Position numbers and translations under genes: made by a program
Part shown: piece by piece, positions 49,805 to 58,155 of the stretch
How the letters are laid out: every line of letters starts with the position of its first letter
How positions within the stretch are numbered: position 1 is the stretch's first letter
Notes under the pieces: model-generated
What the model was told of the DNA's origin: nothing
The model's database searches: none
The model's input: only the letters and a program-made list of their open reading frames with translations
Assembly: GCA_964657565.1 (NCBI GenBank)
Contig: CAZZVQ010000009.1
Span: 15,380 to 79,379, forward strand
DNA length: 64,000 nt
Direction: 5' to 3'
Source of the DNA: an uncultured Acetobacteraceae bacterium
GTDB lineage: Bacteria; Pseudomonadota; Alphaproteobacteria; Acetobacterales; Acetobacteraceae

Positions 49805-50038
49805 ATGGCGTCAATGAATGTGTCTTTACCCGACCCGATGCGGGATTGGGTGCAGGAGCGCATCGATAGCGGTAGCTATGCGAGCGTGAGTGACTACGTG
49901 CGCGATCTTATCCGTCGGGATCAAGCGACAGCCCGTCAGCGCACAGCCCTGGTCGACGCCCTGATCGAGGGCGAGCGGAGCGGGATCAGTGCTCGGAAGA
50001 TATCCGACATCCTGACCGCCATCCGCGAAGAGAGTTGA
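49805..50038 (+). CDS. parD: Type II antitoxin, ParD/CopG (ribbon-helix-helix) family
   Basis: The segment MNVSLPDPMRDWVQERIDSGSYASVSDYVRDLIRRDQ is characteristic of ParD-type antitoxins. The start is 49805 or 49814. The gene overlaps the toxin gene by 4 nt. Confidence 0.85.
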   Translation: MASMNVSLPDPMRDWVQERIDSGSYASVSDYVRDLIRRDQATARQRTALVDALIEGERSGISARKISDILTAIREES

Positions 50039-50331
50039 TTGGCTACACTCTTACCCAAGCCGCTGACGTCGATCTGGAGCAGATTGCGCGTTACACCGAG
50101 AAACGCTGGGGGTATGCCCAAGCAGAGGCATATCTACTCACCTTTGAAGCAGCATTCATGAACCTTGCCGTCTACCCTGACACGGGTCGACCCGTGTTGG
50201 AACGCGCGGGTTACTTTCGGATCGAGAGCGGAAGCCACGTGGTGTTTTATCGTAAACAAGCGACGGGCGTCTTGATCGTCCGCGTCCTGCATCAGCGCAT
50301 GGAGCCCAGGAGACATTTGCCCGCTCGATAA
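50035..50331 (+). CDS. parE: Type II toxin, ParE/RelE family
   Basis: 98 aa. The segments YTLTQAADVDLEQIARYT...G..R.......YFRIESGSHVVFYR.....VLIVRVLHQRM match the ParE family pattern. Confidence 0.85.
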   Translation: MIGYTLTQAADVDLEQIARYTEKRWGYAQAEAYLLTFEAAFMNLAVYPDTGRPVLERAGYFRIESGSHVVFYRKQATGVLIVRVLHQRMEPRRHLPAR

Positions 50332-50427
50332 GCGGGTCTCGATGTCCGACGGTGACTACGACGAAACCGTTCTTGCGCGCCCACATGGCAGATGGTTTGT
50401 TCAAACGAACAAAGATTGGGAACCCGC

Positions 50428-51657
50428 ATGTCAGTCGCACGCCGCACCCTCCTGACCGCTGCCGCCAGCGCGGCGGTCGTTCCCTGGCGCGCCAGGGCGC
50501 AGGGGGCGGGGCCGATCCGCATCGGGGTGCTGACCGACCTCTCCGGGTCGTATTCGGACTCCGCCGGCGCCACGAGCGTGGCCTGCACGCAGCAGGCGAT
50601 CGACGAGGCGCGGGCGGCGGCACCGGGTCTGGCGATCGAGATGCTCCAGGCGGACCACCAGAACAAGGCGGACCTCGCGCTCGGCATCGTGCGGCAATGG
50701 CTGGATCGCGACGGGGTGGACGTCGTCACCAACTGCAACAACAGCGCGATCGCGCTGGGGGTCAGCGCGCTGTGCCATGAGCGGAACAAGGTCTGCCTGA
50801 ACACCGGCGCGGCGACGGCCGAGCTGACCGGGCCGGCCTGCAACGCGAACCTGGTGCACTGGACCTATGATACCTGGGAGATCGCGCACGCGACCGGGGT
50901 GTCGACGGTCAAGGCCGGCGGCGACCGCTGGTATTTCATCGCCGCCGACTACGCGTTCGGGCGCGCGATGCAGACCGACCTGACAAGGTGGGTGACGCAG
51001 GCGGGCGGTAAGGTGCTGGGCACGGCGTTCTACCCGTTCCCGGGCACGACCGACTTCTCGTCCTTCCTGCTGCAGGCGCAATCGTCGGGCGCCAACGTGA
51101 TCGGCCTGCTCAACGCGGGCGGCGACTTCGTGAACTGCATCAAGCAGGCGCACGAATTCGGCATCAAGCCGCCGGCGGTGCGCCTGGCCGGGACGGCGGC
51201 GTATGTGACGAGCATCCACTCCATCGGGCTCGAGACGGCGCAGGGGCTCACTTATACAGAGAGCTTCTACTGGGACCTGAATGACCGCACCCGCGCCTTC
51301 ACCAAGCGCGTGCTGCCGCGGACGCCGGACAACTACCCCAACCAGATCCAGGCGGGCGATTACTCGGCGACGACGCACTACCTGAAGGCGGTCAATCAGT
51401 TGGGCATGGCCGCGGCGAAAGCGTCCGGGGTGGCGACGGTGAACGCGATGAAGGCGATGCCGACCGACGACGACGCGTATGGCAGGGGCTCGATCCGGGT
51501 CGATGGCCGCCACATCCACGACGTCTATCTCCTGGAGGCCAAGCGCCCGGCGGAGAGCAAGGGCGGTTGGGACCTCTGCAAGGTCGTCAGCACCGTCCCG
51601 GCCGCCGAAGCGTTCCGGCCGCTCTCGGAAGGGAACTGCCCGCTCGCTAGAACCTAA
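50428..51657 (+). CDS. ABC-type periplasmic solute-binding protein, type-I fold, orphan (paralog)
   Basis: The ATG at 50428 gives MSVARRTLLTAAASAAVVPWRARAQG, a signal peptide. It is a paralog of 18586..19794 and 33511..34707. Confidence 0.85.
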   Translation: MSVARRTLLTAAASAAVVPWRARAQGAGPIRIGVLTDLSGSYSDSAGATSVACTQQAIDEARAAAPGLAIEMLQADHQNKADLALGIVRQWLDRDGVDVVTNCNNSAIALGVSALCHERNKVCLNTGAATAELTGPACNANLVHWTYDTWEIAHATGVSTVKAGGDRWYFIAADYAFGRAMQTDLTRWVTQAGGKVLGTAFYPFPGTTDFSSFLLQAQSSGANVIGLLNAGGDFVNCIKQAHEFGIKPPAVRLAGTAAYVTSIHSIGLETAQGLTYTESFYWDLNDRTRAFTKRVLPRTPDNYPNQIQAGDYSATTHYLKAVNQLGMAAAKASGVATVNAMKAMPTDDDAYGRGSIRVDGRHIHDVYLLEAKRPAESKGGWDLCKVVSTVPAAEAFRPLSEGNCPLART

Positions 51658-53009
51658 GGCGTGATGGCGCCGGCCCGGGTCAGCACGCGGTCGATGAACT
51701 GGCTCGCCGCCCCCAGATAGCTCGCGGGGTCCGCGAGGTTCTTGATCTCGGCGGCGTCGAGATGGGCGGCGACTTCGGGCTCGTCGAGGAGGGCCGTCGC
51801 GAGGTCGGTGCCTTTGGCCATCGCGGCGTCGGTGGCGTGCTTGACCGCGTGGTGGGCGGTGTCGCGGCCGAGCTTGGGGGCGAGGCCCATCATGATGGCT
51901 TCCGCCATGATGCCGCCGTTGGTCACATCGAGGTTGCGCTTCATGCGGGCGGGGTCGACGACCATGCCCTCGGCGATGGTGCGGGCATGCAGCAAGGCGC
52001 CGCCGGTCAGCACGAAGGCTTGCGGGATCGCGAGCAGCTCGGCCTGCCACGGGCCAGTGCCGCGCTCGTGGTCGTCGGTCATCGCGTTCAGCATCAGCGG
52101 CACCAGCGCTTGCACGCCGCGCTGGGCGGCCAGGACGTATTCGGAGGCGATCGGGTTGCGCTTCTGCGGCATGGTCGAACTGCCGCCACGGCCGGCGATG
52201 TAGGGCTCGCTGACCTCGCCGATCTCGGTCTGGCACAGCAGGATCAGGTCGGTGGCGATCTTGGCCAGGCTGCCGCAGATCAGGCCGAGCAGGCTCACAG
52301 CCTCGGCCAGGCCGTCGCGGGCAACGTGCCAGGGGGCCGGCGGCTCGTGCAGGCCCAGTTCGGCGGCCAGGCCTTGCATGACGGCGAGACCCTGGTCGCC
52401 GAGCGAGGCCAGCGTCCCGGCGGCGCCGCCGAACTCGACGCGGAGGGCGCGCGGGCGGAGCTGGTCGAGCCGCTCGATGTGGTCGGGGATCGGCATCAGC
52501 CAGGTCGCGACCTTGAGGCCGAACGTGGTGGGCAGCGCGTGCTGCAGATGGGTGCGACCGGCCATGACGGTGTGGCGGTGCGCGTCCGCCTTGCCGGCCA
52601 GGGCGGCGGCGATGGCGACGAGTTCGGACCGCACCAGGTCGAGGCCGTCGCGGACCTGCAGGACCGTCGCGGTGTCCATGATGTCCTGCGTCGTGGCGCC
52701 CCAATGGGTCCAGCGGCCCGCGTCACCGGCGGCGCGCGACAGGCCCTTGACGACCCCGATCACCGGGTAGCCGACATTGCGCACGCTGGCGGCGAGCTCG
52801 GCAGTGTCGAGGTTCTCGACCCGGGCGGCGGCGGTGATGGCGGCAGCGGCGGCCTCCGGGATGATGCCGAGCCGGGCCTGCACCCGGGCCAGCGCGGCCT
52901 CGACGTCGAGCATGCGCTGGAAAAAGGCGCGTTCGTCCCAGATGGCGCGCATGGCGTCGGTGCCGTAGAGCGTGCCGAAGACCGGGCTGTCGGCGGGATT
53001 GACGGGCAC
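51654..53009 (-). CDS. pcaB: 3-carboxy-cis,cis-muconate cycloisomerase (fumarase/ASL lyase superfamily)
   Basis: It has the superfamily signature GSSTMPQKRNP. It is 451 aa and lies adjacent to the pcaD/pcaC fusion on the same strand. Confidence 0.8.
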   Translation of the reverse strand: MPVNPADSPVFGTLYGTDAMRAIWDERAFFQRMLDVEAALARVQARLGIIPEAAAAAITAAARVENLDTAELAASVRNVGYPVIGVVKGLSRAAGDAGRWTHWGATTQDIMDTATVLQVRDGLDLVRSELVAIAAALAGKADAHRHTVMAGRTHLQHALPTTFGLKVATWLMPIPDHIERLDQLRPRALRVEFGGAAGTLASLGDQGLAVMQGLAAELGLHEPPAPWHVARDGLAEAVSLLGLICGSLAKIATDLILLCQTEIGEVSEPYIAGRGGSSTMPQKRNPIASEYVLAAQRGVQALVPLMLNAMTDDHERGTGPWQAELLAIPQAFVLTGGALLHARTIAEGMVVDPARMKRNLDVTNGGIMAEAIMMGLAPKLGRDTAHHAVKHATDAAMAKGTDLATALLDEPEVAAHLDAAEIKNLADPASYLGAASQFIDRVLTRAGAITP

Positions 53010-53013
53010 CGGG

Positions 53014-54147
53014 TCAGCCCTCCGCTAGGATCTGCTTGGCAATGCGGATGGCGGAGTTGGCGGCCGGCACGCCGGCGTAGACCGCGACATGGAGCAGCAG
53101 CTCGGCGATGTCCTCCGCCGTCGCGCCGGTGTTGCGGGTGGCGCGGACGTGCAGCTTGAACTCCTCCTCGCGGCCGAGCCCGGCCAGCAGCGCCAGCGTG
53201 ACGATGGAGCGGGTGCGGCGGTCGAAATGCGGCCGGGTCCAGACGCCGCCCCAGGCGGTCTCGGTGATGAAGCGCTGGAAATCGCGGTCGAAATCGGTGA
53301 CCGCCTGGACGGAGCGGTCGACATGCGCGTCGCCGAGCACCTGGCGGCGGGTGCGCATGCCGGACGAGTGGGCGTCGGGGGCGAGGAAGCGGAGCAGGGC
53401 GGCGGCGATGGCGGCGGGCTGTTCGGCGGTGGGGATGTGCGACGCGTGGGGGATGATCTTCAAGCGCGCGCCGGGAATGGTGGCGCGGAGGGCTTCGGCC
53501 GAGGCGACGGGGGTGGCCGGGTCGTCGGCGCCGACGATGACTAAGGTTGGCGTCGCGATGCTTGCGCTTTGCATGTGCAAATCCGCCGCCGCGATGGCCT
53601 CGCAACAGGCGGCGTAACCCTCGGGCTGGGTGGCCAGGATCATGCGGCGGAGCTGGTCGACCGTGTGAGCCGGAGCGGCGGGGGTGAGCCAGCGGGCGAT
53701 GACGCCGTCGACGACCGAGACCATGCCGCTGGAGCGGACGAGAGCGGCCCGCTCGGACCAGAGGCTGGCGGGCGGAATGGCCAGCGCGGTGTCCATCAGC
53801 ACGAGCGACGTGACGCGGTTGGGCGCGAGATGCGCGAGTTGCTGGGCGATCAAGCCGCCGATCGACAGGCCGACCACCGCGACCCGGTGGATGTCGAGAT
53901 GCTGCAGGACCGCCAGGGCATCATGGGCAAGGAGGTCGATGCTGTAGGGGCCGGGGCTGGTCGCGGTGTGACCATGGCCGCGCATGTCGGGGCGGATGAC
54001 CCTGAACTCGGTCAACGCGGGAAGGATCGGGTTCCAGATCGCGGCGGACGTGCCGAGCGAGTGCAGCAGGAGGACGGCGGGGGCATCGGCCGGGCCGGTG
54101 TCGTGGACGGTCAGCGGGTGGCCGGCGGCGTCGATGGTGTGGGTCAT
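53014..54147 (-). CDS. pcaL: Fused 3-oxoadipate enol-lactonase / 4-carboxymuconolactone decarboxylase (PcaD-PcaC fusion)
   Basis: The N-terminal ~255 aa form an alpha/beta-hydrolase (HSLGTS, nucleophile elbow GLSIGG). The C-terminal ~120 aa form a CMD domain (WGGVWTRPHFDRRTRSIVTLALLAGLGREEEFKLHV...LLHVAVYAGVPAA). Confidence 0.8.
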   Translation of the reverse strand: MTHTIDAAGHPLTVHDTGPADAPAVLLLHSLGTSAAIWNPILPALTEFRVIRPDMRGHGHTATSPGPYSIDLLAHDALAVLQHLDIHRVAVVGLSIGGLIAQQLAHLAPNRVTSLVLMDTALAIPPASLWSERAALVRSSGMVSVVDGVIARWLTPAAPAHTVDQLRRMILATQPEGYAACCEAIAAADLHMQSASIATPTLVIVGADDPATPVASAEALRATIPGARLKIIPHASHIPTAEQPAAIAAALLRFLAPDAHSSGMRTRRQVLGDAHVDRSVQAVTDFDRDFQRFITETAWGGVWTRPHFDRRTRSIVTLALLAGLGREEEFKLHVRATRNTGATAEDIAELLLHVAVYAGVPAANSAIRIAKQILAEG

Positions 54148-54193
54148 GGGGGCAGATTAGGGTTTGTGGTAATCGGCGGAAAGGGAGGGCGGA

Positions 54194-54718
54194 ATGAACG
54201 ACGGGGAGAGTTGGCCGGAGGAGTTGTTCCGGGTGTTGAAGGCGGAGGGGATCAGCCAGGTGGCGTTGGTGCCGGATGCGGGGCATGCGCAGCTGATCCG
54301 CATGTGCTTGGCCGACAACACCATCCGGGTGGTGACGTTGACGACCGAGGAGGAGGGCGTGGCGATGCTGTCCGGGGCCTGGATGGGCGGCGCGAAAGGG
54401 GTGTTGCTGATGCAGAGTTCGGGAGTCGGCAACTGCATCAACATGTTGTCACTGCCGGCGATGCATCGGACGCCGATGCCGATGCTGGTGACGATGCGCG
54501 GCGACTGGGGCGAGTTCAACCCGGCGCAAGTGCCGATGGGTCAGGCCACGCAGAGCGTGCTGGAAGCGATGGGCACCGTGGTGCGGCGGGCCGACCGGGC
54601 GGAAGACGTGGCGCCGACGGCCGAAGCGACGCTGCGGCTGGCGTTCAACACGTTCCGGGCGACGGCGACGCTGATCGGACAACGCGTCTTGGGCGCCAAG
54701 ACGTTTGGGAAGGATTAA
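54194..54718 (+). CDS. Split TPP-dependent decarboxylase, alpha subunit (sulfopyruvate/phosphonopyruvate decarboxylase-like, ComD-like)
   Basis: The pattern VPDAG...VTLTTEEEGVAMLSGAWMGGAKGVLLMQSSGVGNCINMLSL...MRGDWGEFNPAQVPMGQAT is collinear with archaeal ComD as I recall it. Confidence 0.75.
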   Translation: MNDGESWPEELFRVLKAEGISQVALVPDAGHAQLIRMCLADNTIRVVTLTTEEEGVAMLSGAWMGGAKGVLLMQSSGVGNCINMLSLPAMHRTPMPMLVTMRGDWGEFNPAQVPMGQATQSVLEAMGTVVRRADRAEDVAPTAEATLRLAFNTFRATATLIGQRVLGAKTFGKD

Positions 54719-54721
54719 CCG

Positions 54722-55312
54722 ATGCCTGGCATGATGGAGCGGCGGGCGTTGGTGCGGGCTGTGCTGGCGGGACGAGGAGATGCGGTTGTGATCGCCGGGT
54801 TGGGAGCGCCGGCGTGGGATATCACGGCGGCTGGGGATAGCGCGCTGAACCTGCCGCTCTGGGGCGGCATGGGCGGTGCGGCGATGATCGGGCTCGGGAT
54901 GGCGCTGGCGCAGCCGGAGCGGCCCGTGCTGGTGATCACCGGGGATGGCGAAATGTTGATGGGGCTGGGAGCGCTGGCGACCATCGCAGTGCAGCGCCCC
55001 AAAAACCTGGGCATCCTGGTGCTGGACAACGAGCGGTATGGCGAGACGGGCATGCAGGAGACGGCGACGGCGCATGGGGTGGACCTGATCGGGATGGCCG
55101 TCGCCGCCGGGTTCGGGCGGGCGATGTCGATCACCACTGACGAGGAGGCGCCGGGGCTGTGGGAGGCGATCGGGTCCGGCGGACCGGTATTCGCATTGGC
55201 CAAAGTCAGCGACGCGGCGGCGCCGCTGGTGCTGCCGCCGCGCGAAGGCTCGTATTTGCAGGCGCGACTGCGGCAGGCCCTGTTGGGTCCAGAGGCATTC
55301 GCCCAGAACTGA
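54722..55312 (+). CDS. Split TPP-dependent decarboxylase, beta subunit (ComE-like)
   Basis: It has the TPP-binding motif GGMGGAAMIGLGMALAQPERPVLVITGDGEMLMGLGALATI...LDNERYGETG. It starts 3 nt after the alpha subunit. Confidence 0.75.
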   Translation: MPGMMERRALVRAVLAGRGDAVVIAGLGAPAWDITAAGDSALNLPLWGGMGGAAMIGLGMALAQPERPVLVITGDGEMLMGLGALATIAVQRPKNLGILVLDNERYGETGMQETATAHGVDLIGMAVAAGFGRAMSITTDEEAPGLWEAIGSGGPVFALAKVSDAAAPLVLPPREGSYLQARLRQALLGPEAFAQN

Positions 55313-55349
55313 GGGAGTAGGATCGAGTGAGCGACGAAAAGGGTCGTGG

Positions 55350-56348
55350 GTGCCGGACGTAACCGTCCTGCTGGTGGCGTCGGCCGATGCGGAGGCCGTC
55401 GCGGTCTCCGCACGGAGCCTGTTCGCGCAGACACTGAGCGACTTCGAGTTGCTGGTGCTGGATGCGGGGACGGGCGAGTCCGCGGCGTTGGCCGAGTTGG
55501 CGGCGGGGGATTGGCGGCTCTCTGTGGTGCCGATGGCGGGCGCCGGGCTGGGCGACGCGCTCAATCGCGGGGTGGCCCTGGCGCAGGGCCGGCTCATCGG
55601 GCGGGTCACCGCCGGGGATGTCGTCGCGCCGGAGCGGCTGGAGCGGCAAGCGGCGCTGCTCGGGGTAGCGCCGGAATTGGCGTTCGTCGGGACGGGGTGG
55701 CGGGAGGTTCGGGCGGACGGGAGCGTGCGCCGGGTCGTCAAGCCGCCGGCGGGCGATGCTGCGCTACGCGCCGCGATGGCGACCGGGGATGCCATCGGCC
55801 ACCCGACGGCGATGATGCGGCGCGACGCGGTGACCGCAGCGGGCGGGTGGCGGCCGGCGTTTGCCGGGTCGGAGGATTACGATCTGCTGCTGCGGCTGCT
55901 GGACCGGCATACCGGGGCGTGCGTGCCGCAGGTGTTGGTTGAGTTCGCGGCGCCGGTGGAGGCCTTGGGATGGCAGGCGTTGGAGCAGCGCTTCTTGTCC
56001 GAGATGGGCGCCATGACGGCGCATGACCGGCGGCAGGTCGGCCGCCCCGACCACGGGGAGCAGGCCTCGCCGCTGGACCGTGGCTTGCTGCACCGGATGG
56101 GGATGACGGCAGACGAGATCGCGCAGGGCGTCACGACGCGCGCGCTGTCGGCCGCGCTCGCGGCCGGCGTGGCGGGCGAGTGGCGGGCCATGCGGGAGGC
56201 GGCGCGGCTCGGGCTGCAGCAGGAGGGGCTGCCGAGGCCGGTGAAGTCGAAATTCGTGGGGTTGTGGTTGCGCGGCCTGGCGCGTATGCGGCCGGCCCTG
56301 GCCGAGGATCTCGAGTCCGGCGTGCAAGGCGGTCAGGGAGCGGGATAG
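55350..56348 (+). CDS. Glycosyltransferase family 2-like protein (acidic motifs partly degenerate)
   Basis: It has GT2-like N-terminal architecture (VTVLLVASA...LFAQTLSDFELLVLDAGTGES...NRGVALAQGRLIGRVTAGDVVAPERL). GTG start. Confidence 0.65.
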   Translation: MPDVTVLLVASADAEAVAVSARSLFAQTLSDFELLVLDAGTGESAALAELAAGDWRLSVVPMAGAGLGDALNRGVALAQGRLIGRVTAGDVVAPERLERQAALLGVAPELAFVGTGWREVRADGSVRRVVKPPAGDAALRAAMATGDAIGHPTAMMRRDAVTAAGGWRPAFAGSEDYDLLLRLLDRHTGACVPQVLVEFAAPVEALGWQALEQRFLSEMGAMTAHDRRQVGRPDHGEQASPLDRGLLHRMGMTADEIAQGVTTRALSAALAAGVAGEWRAMREAARLGLQQEGLPRPVKSKFVGLWLRGLARMRPALAEDLESGVQGGQGAG

Positions 56349-56471
56349 CAGGCGAATAAACTTCGTGCGCCGCTGGTTGGGGTGGTTCAATACTATCATT
56401 TGTTAGCCTGTGGGTGCGCCTTGCATAAATCGGAAAGGCGCCTCGCGCTTCGGCGGCCGTGGTGGTTGTTC

Positions 56472-57158
56472 ATGATGCCGCGCGATATCGCTTTGTTCCT
56501 GCAAAGTGCGAAAACGGATGCGCGGATCGCATCGGTGCGCGCGACGCAGGGCGCGCGGGCAGCGTTCGAGGCGGCGTATTCCGAGCGGGAGGACCCGTGG
56601 GCCTCCGACAATGCTCGATATTCGTATCAGCGATGGAAATACGAGTCGCTGATGGCGGCGCTGCCGCCGGGCCAGCGGTTCCAGCGGACGCTCGACCTGG
56701 GCTGCGGCATGGGGGCGATGAGCCTGGCGCTGACGCGCGTGTCGGGTGATGTGCTTGGGTTGGACATCGCGCAATCGGCGGTCGAACAGGCGCGGCGACG
56801 GATCGGGGTCCGGCCGGGACTGCGTTTCGCCCAGGGGGACCTGAGTTCGCTCGACCCGGCGATGCACCACGGGTTCGACCTCGTCGTCGTCGCGGACACG
56901 CTGTATTATTTAGACGACGTCGACGATGCCAGCCTGAAAGCGGTGGCAGCGCTGATCGGTGGATTGTTGGCGCCGGGAGGGATCTGTCTGTTGGCGAACC
57001 ATTATTTCTTCGCCGGGGACAAGGATTCGCGGCTGACGCGGCGGATCCATGACGCCTTCACCTGGTCGCCGAGCCTGACACTGGTGTCGACGCGGTGGCG
57101 GCCGTTCTACTTGACCTCGATCCTGTCGCGGGCCGAGGCGCTGCCGAGCGCGGCCTAA
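56472..57158 (+). CDS. Class I SAM-dependent methyltransferase (NodS-like)
   Basis: Motif I is TLDLGCGMGAMSLAL. The N-terminal EDPWASDNARYSYQRWKYESL resembles the NodS family. ATG at 56472. Confidence 0.75.
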   Translation: MMPRDIALFLQSAKTDARIASVRATQGARAAFEAAYSEREDPWASDNARYSYQRWKYESLMAALPPGQRFQRTLDLGCGMGAMSLALTRVSGDVLGLDIAQSAVEQARRRIGVRPGLRFAQGDLSSLDPAMHHGFDLVVVADTLYYLDDVDDASLKAVAALIGGLLAPGGICLLANHYFFAGDKDSRLTRRIHDAFTWSPSLTLVSTRWRPFYLTSILSRAEALPSAA

Positions 57159-57167
57159 GAGCGCAGC

Positions 57168-58136
57168 ATGCGCATAAGGCAGATCGTGGCGCTCGCCGTC
57201 GGCGGGGCGGCGCTGGCCTGGATGCTGGCGTCGGTCGGGTCGGCGGGCATGCTGCAGGCCATGGCGCTGGGCGGCCCTGCCCTGCCCGCGGCGGTCGCGA
57301 TCCATGCGGGGCAATTGATGCTGGCCGGGCTGGCGTGGCACGCGACGTTGAGTGAGCCGGGGATGAGCCCGCTATTCGTCGGCCGCGTGCGGTGGATCCG
57401 GGAGGGGGTCAACACGCTGCTGCCCGCGGCCCATATCGGCGGGCAGGTGGTTGGAGTCCGGCTGCTGGTGCAGGCGGGCGTGGCGCCGGTGCGCGCGGTG
57501 GTGGGGACGATCTTGGATCTGACGCTGGAGGCGGCGGCGCAGCTGCTGGTGGTGCTGGCGGCGGTCGGATGGCTGCTGGTCCGGCGCGAGGGGGCGGAGG
57601 ACTGGCTGGTTTGGGCCGGGGCGGGGCTGGGCGTGCTCGGCCTGACGGTCGCAGCGCTGGTGGTGGCGTTGCGACTGGGCGCGTTGCGCGCGGTGGAGGC
57701 GGCGCTGGAGCGGGCGGCGGCGCGGTGGCCGGGCGCGGGCGGCTGGTCGATGGACGGATTGCACGCGACCCTGATGCGGCGGCAGGCCGATCGGGCGGCG
57801 ATGCTGCGCGCGCTACTGCTCAATGCGGCGAGTTGGACGCTCGGAACGCTCGAAGTGTGGGTGATCCTGCGCGCGCTGGGGGTGTCACCAGGGCTCGACG
57901 CGTGTTTCGTCATCGAGAGCTTGGCCATGGCGGCGCGGAGTGCCGGGTTCGCGATCCCCGGAGCGGTCGGCGTGCAGGAGGGCGGCTTCGTGCTGGCCTG
58001 CGGCCTGTTCGGCATCGGCACCGAGACCGCGCTGGCGCTCTCGGTCCTGAAGCGGTTGCGCGAATTGGCGATCGGCGGCACCGCGCTGGTCGCGTGGCAG
58101 TTCGCTACGAAACATGGTCACTTGCCTGGCCGCTGA
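57168..58136 (+). CDS. Flippase-like membrane protein (UPF0104 / MprF transmembrane-domain-like)
   Basis: 322 aa with about 8 TM segments. The conserved-looking segments RWIREGVN.LLP and GFAIPGAVGVQEGGFV are typical of this family from memory. Confidence 0.7.
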   Translation: MRIRQIVALAVGGAALAWMLASVGSAGMLQAMALGGPALPAAVAIHAGQLMLAGLAWHATLSEPGMSPLFVGRVRWIREGVNTLLPAAHIGGQVVGVRLLVQAGVAPVRAVVGTILDLTLEAAAQLLVVLAAVGWLLVRREGAEDWLVWAGAGLGVLGLTVAALVVALRLGALRAVEAALERAAARWPGAGGWSMDGLHATLMRRQADRAAMLRALLLNAASWTLGTLEVWVILRALGVSPGLDACFVIESLAMAARSAGFAIPGAVGVQEGGFVLACGLFGIGTETALALSVLKRLRELAIGGTALVAWQFATKHGHLPGR

Positions 58137-58155
58137 TCGAGAACGGAGCCGCACG

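Noticed and set aside
50431-52704. 757-aa ORF on the - strand
   Set aside because: It is antisense to, or out of frame with, the SBP gene (50428..51657) and pcaB. The composition is Arg/Pro/Gly-rich with no motifs, so it is a shadow ORF.
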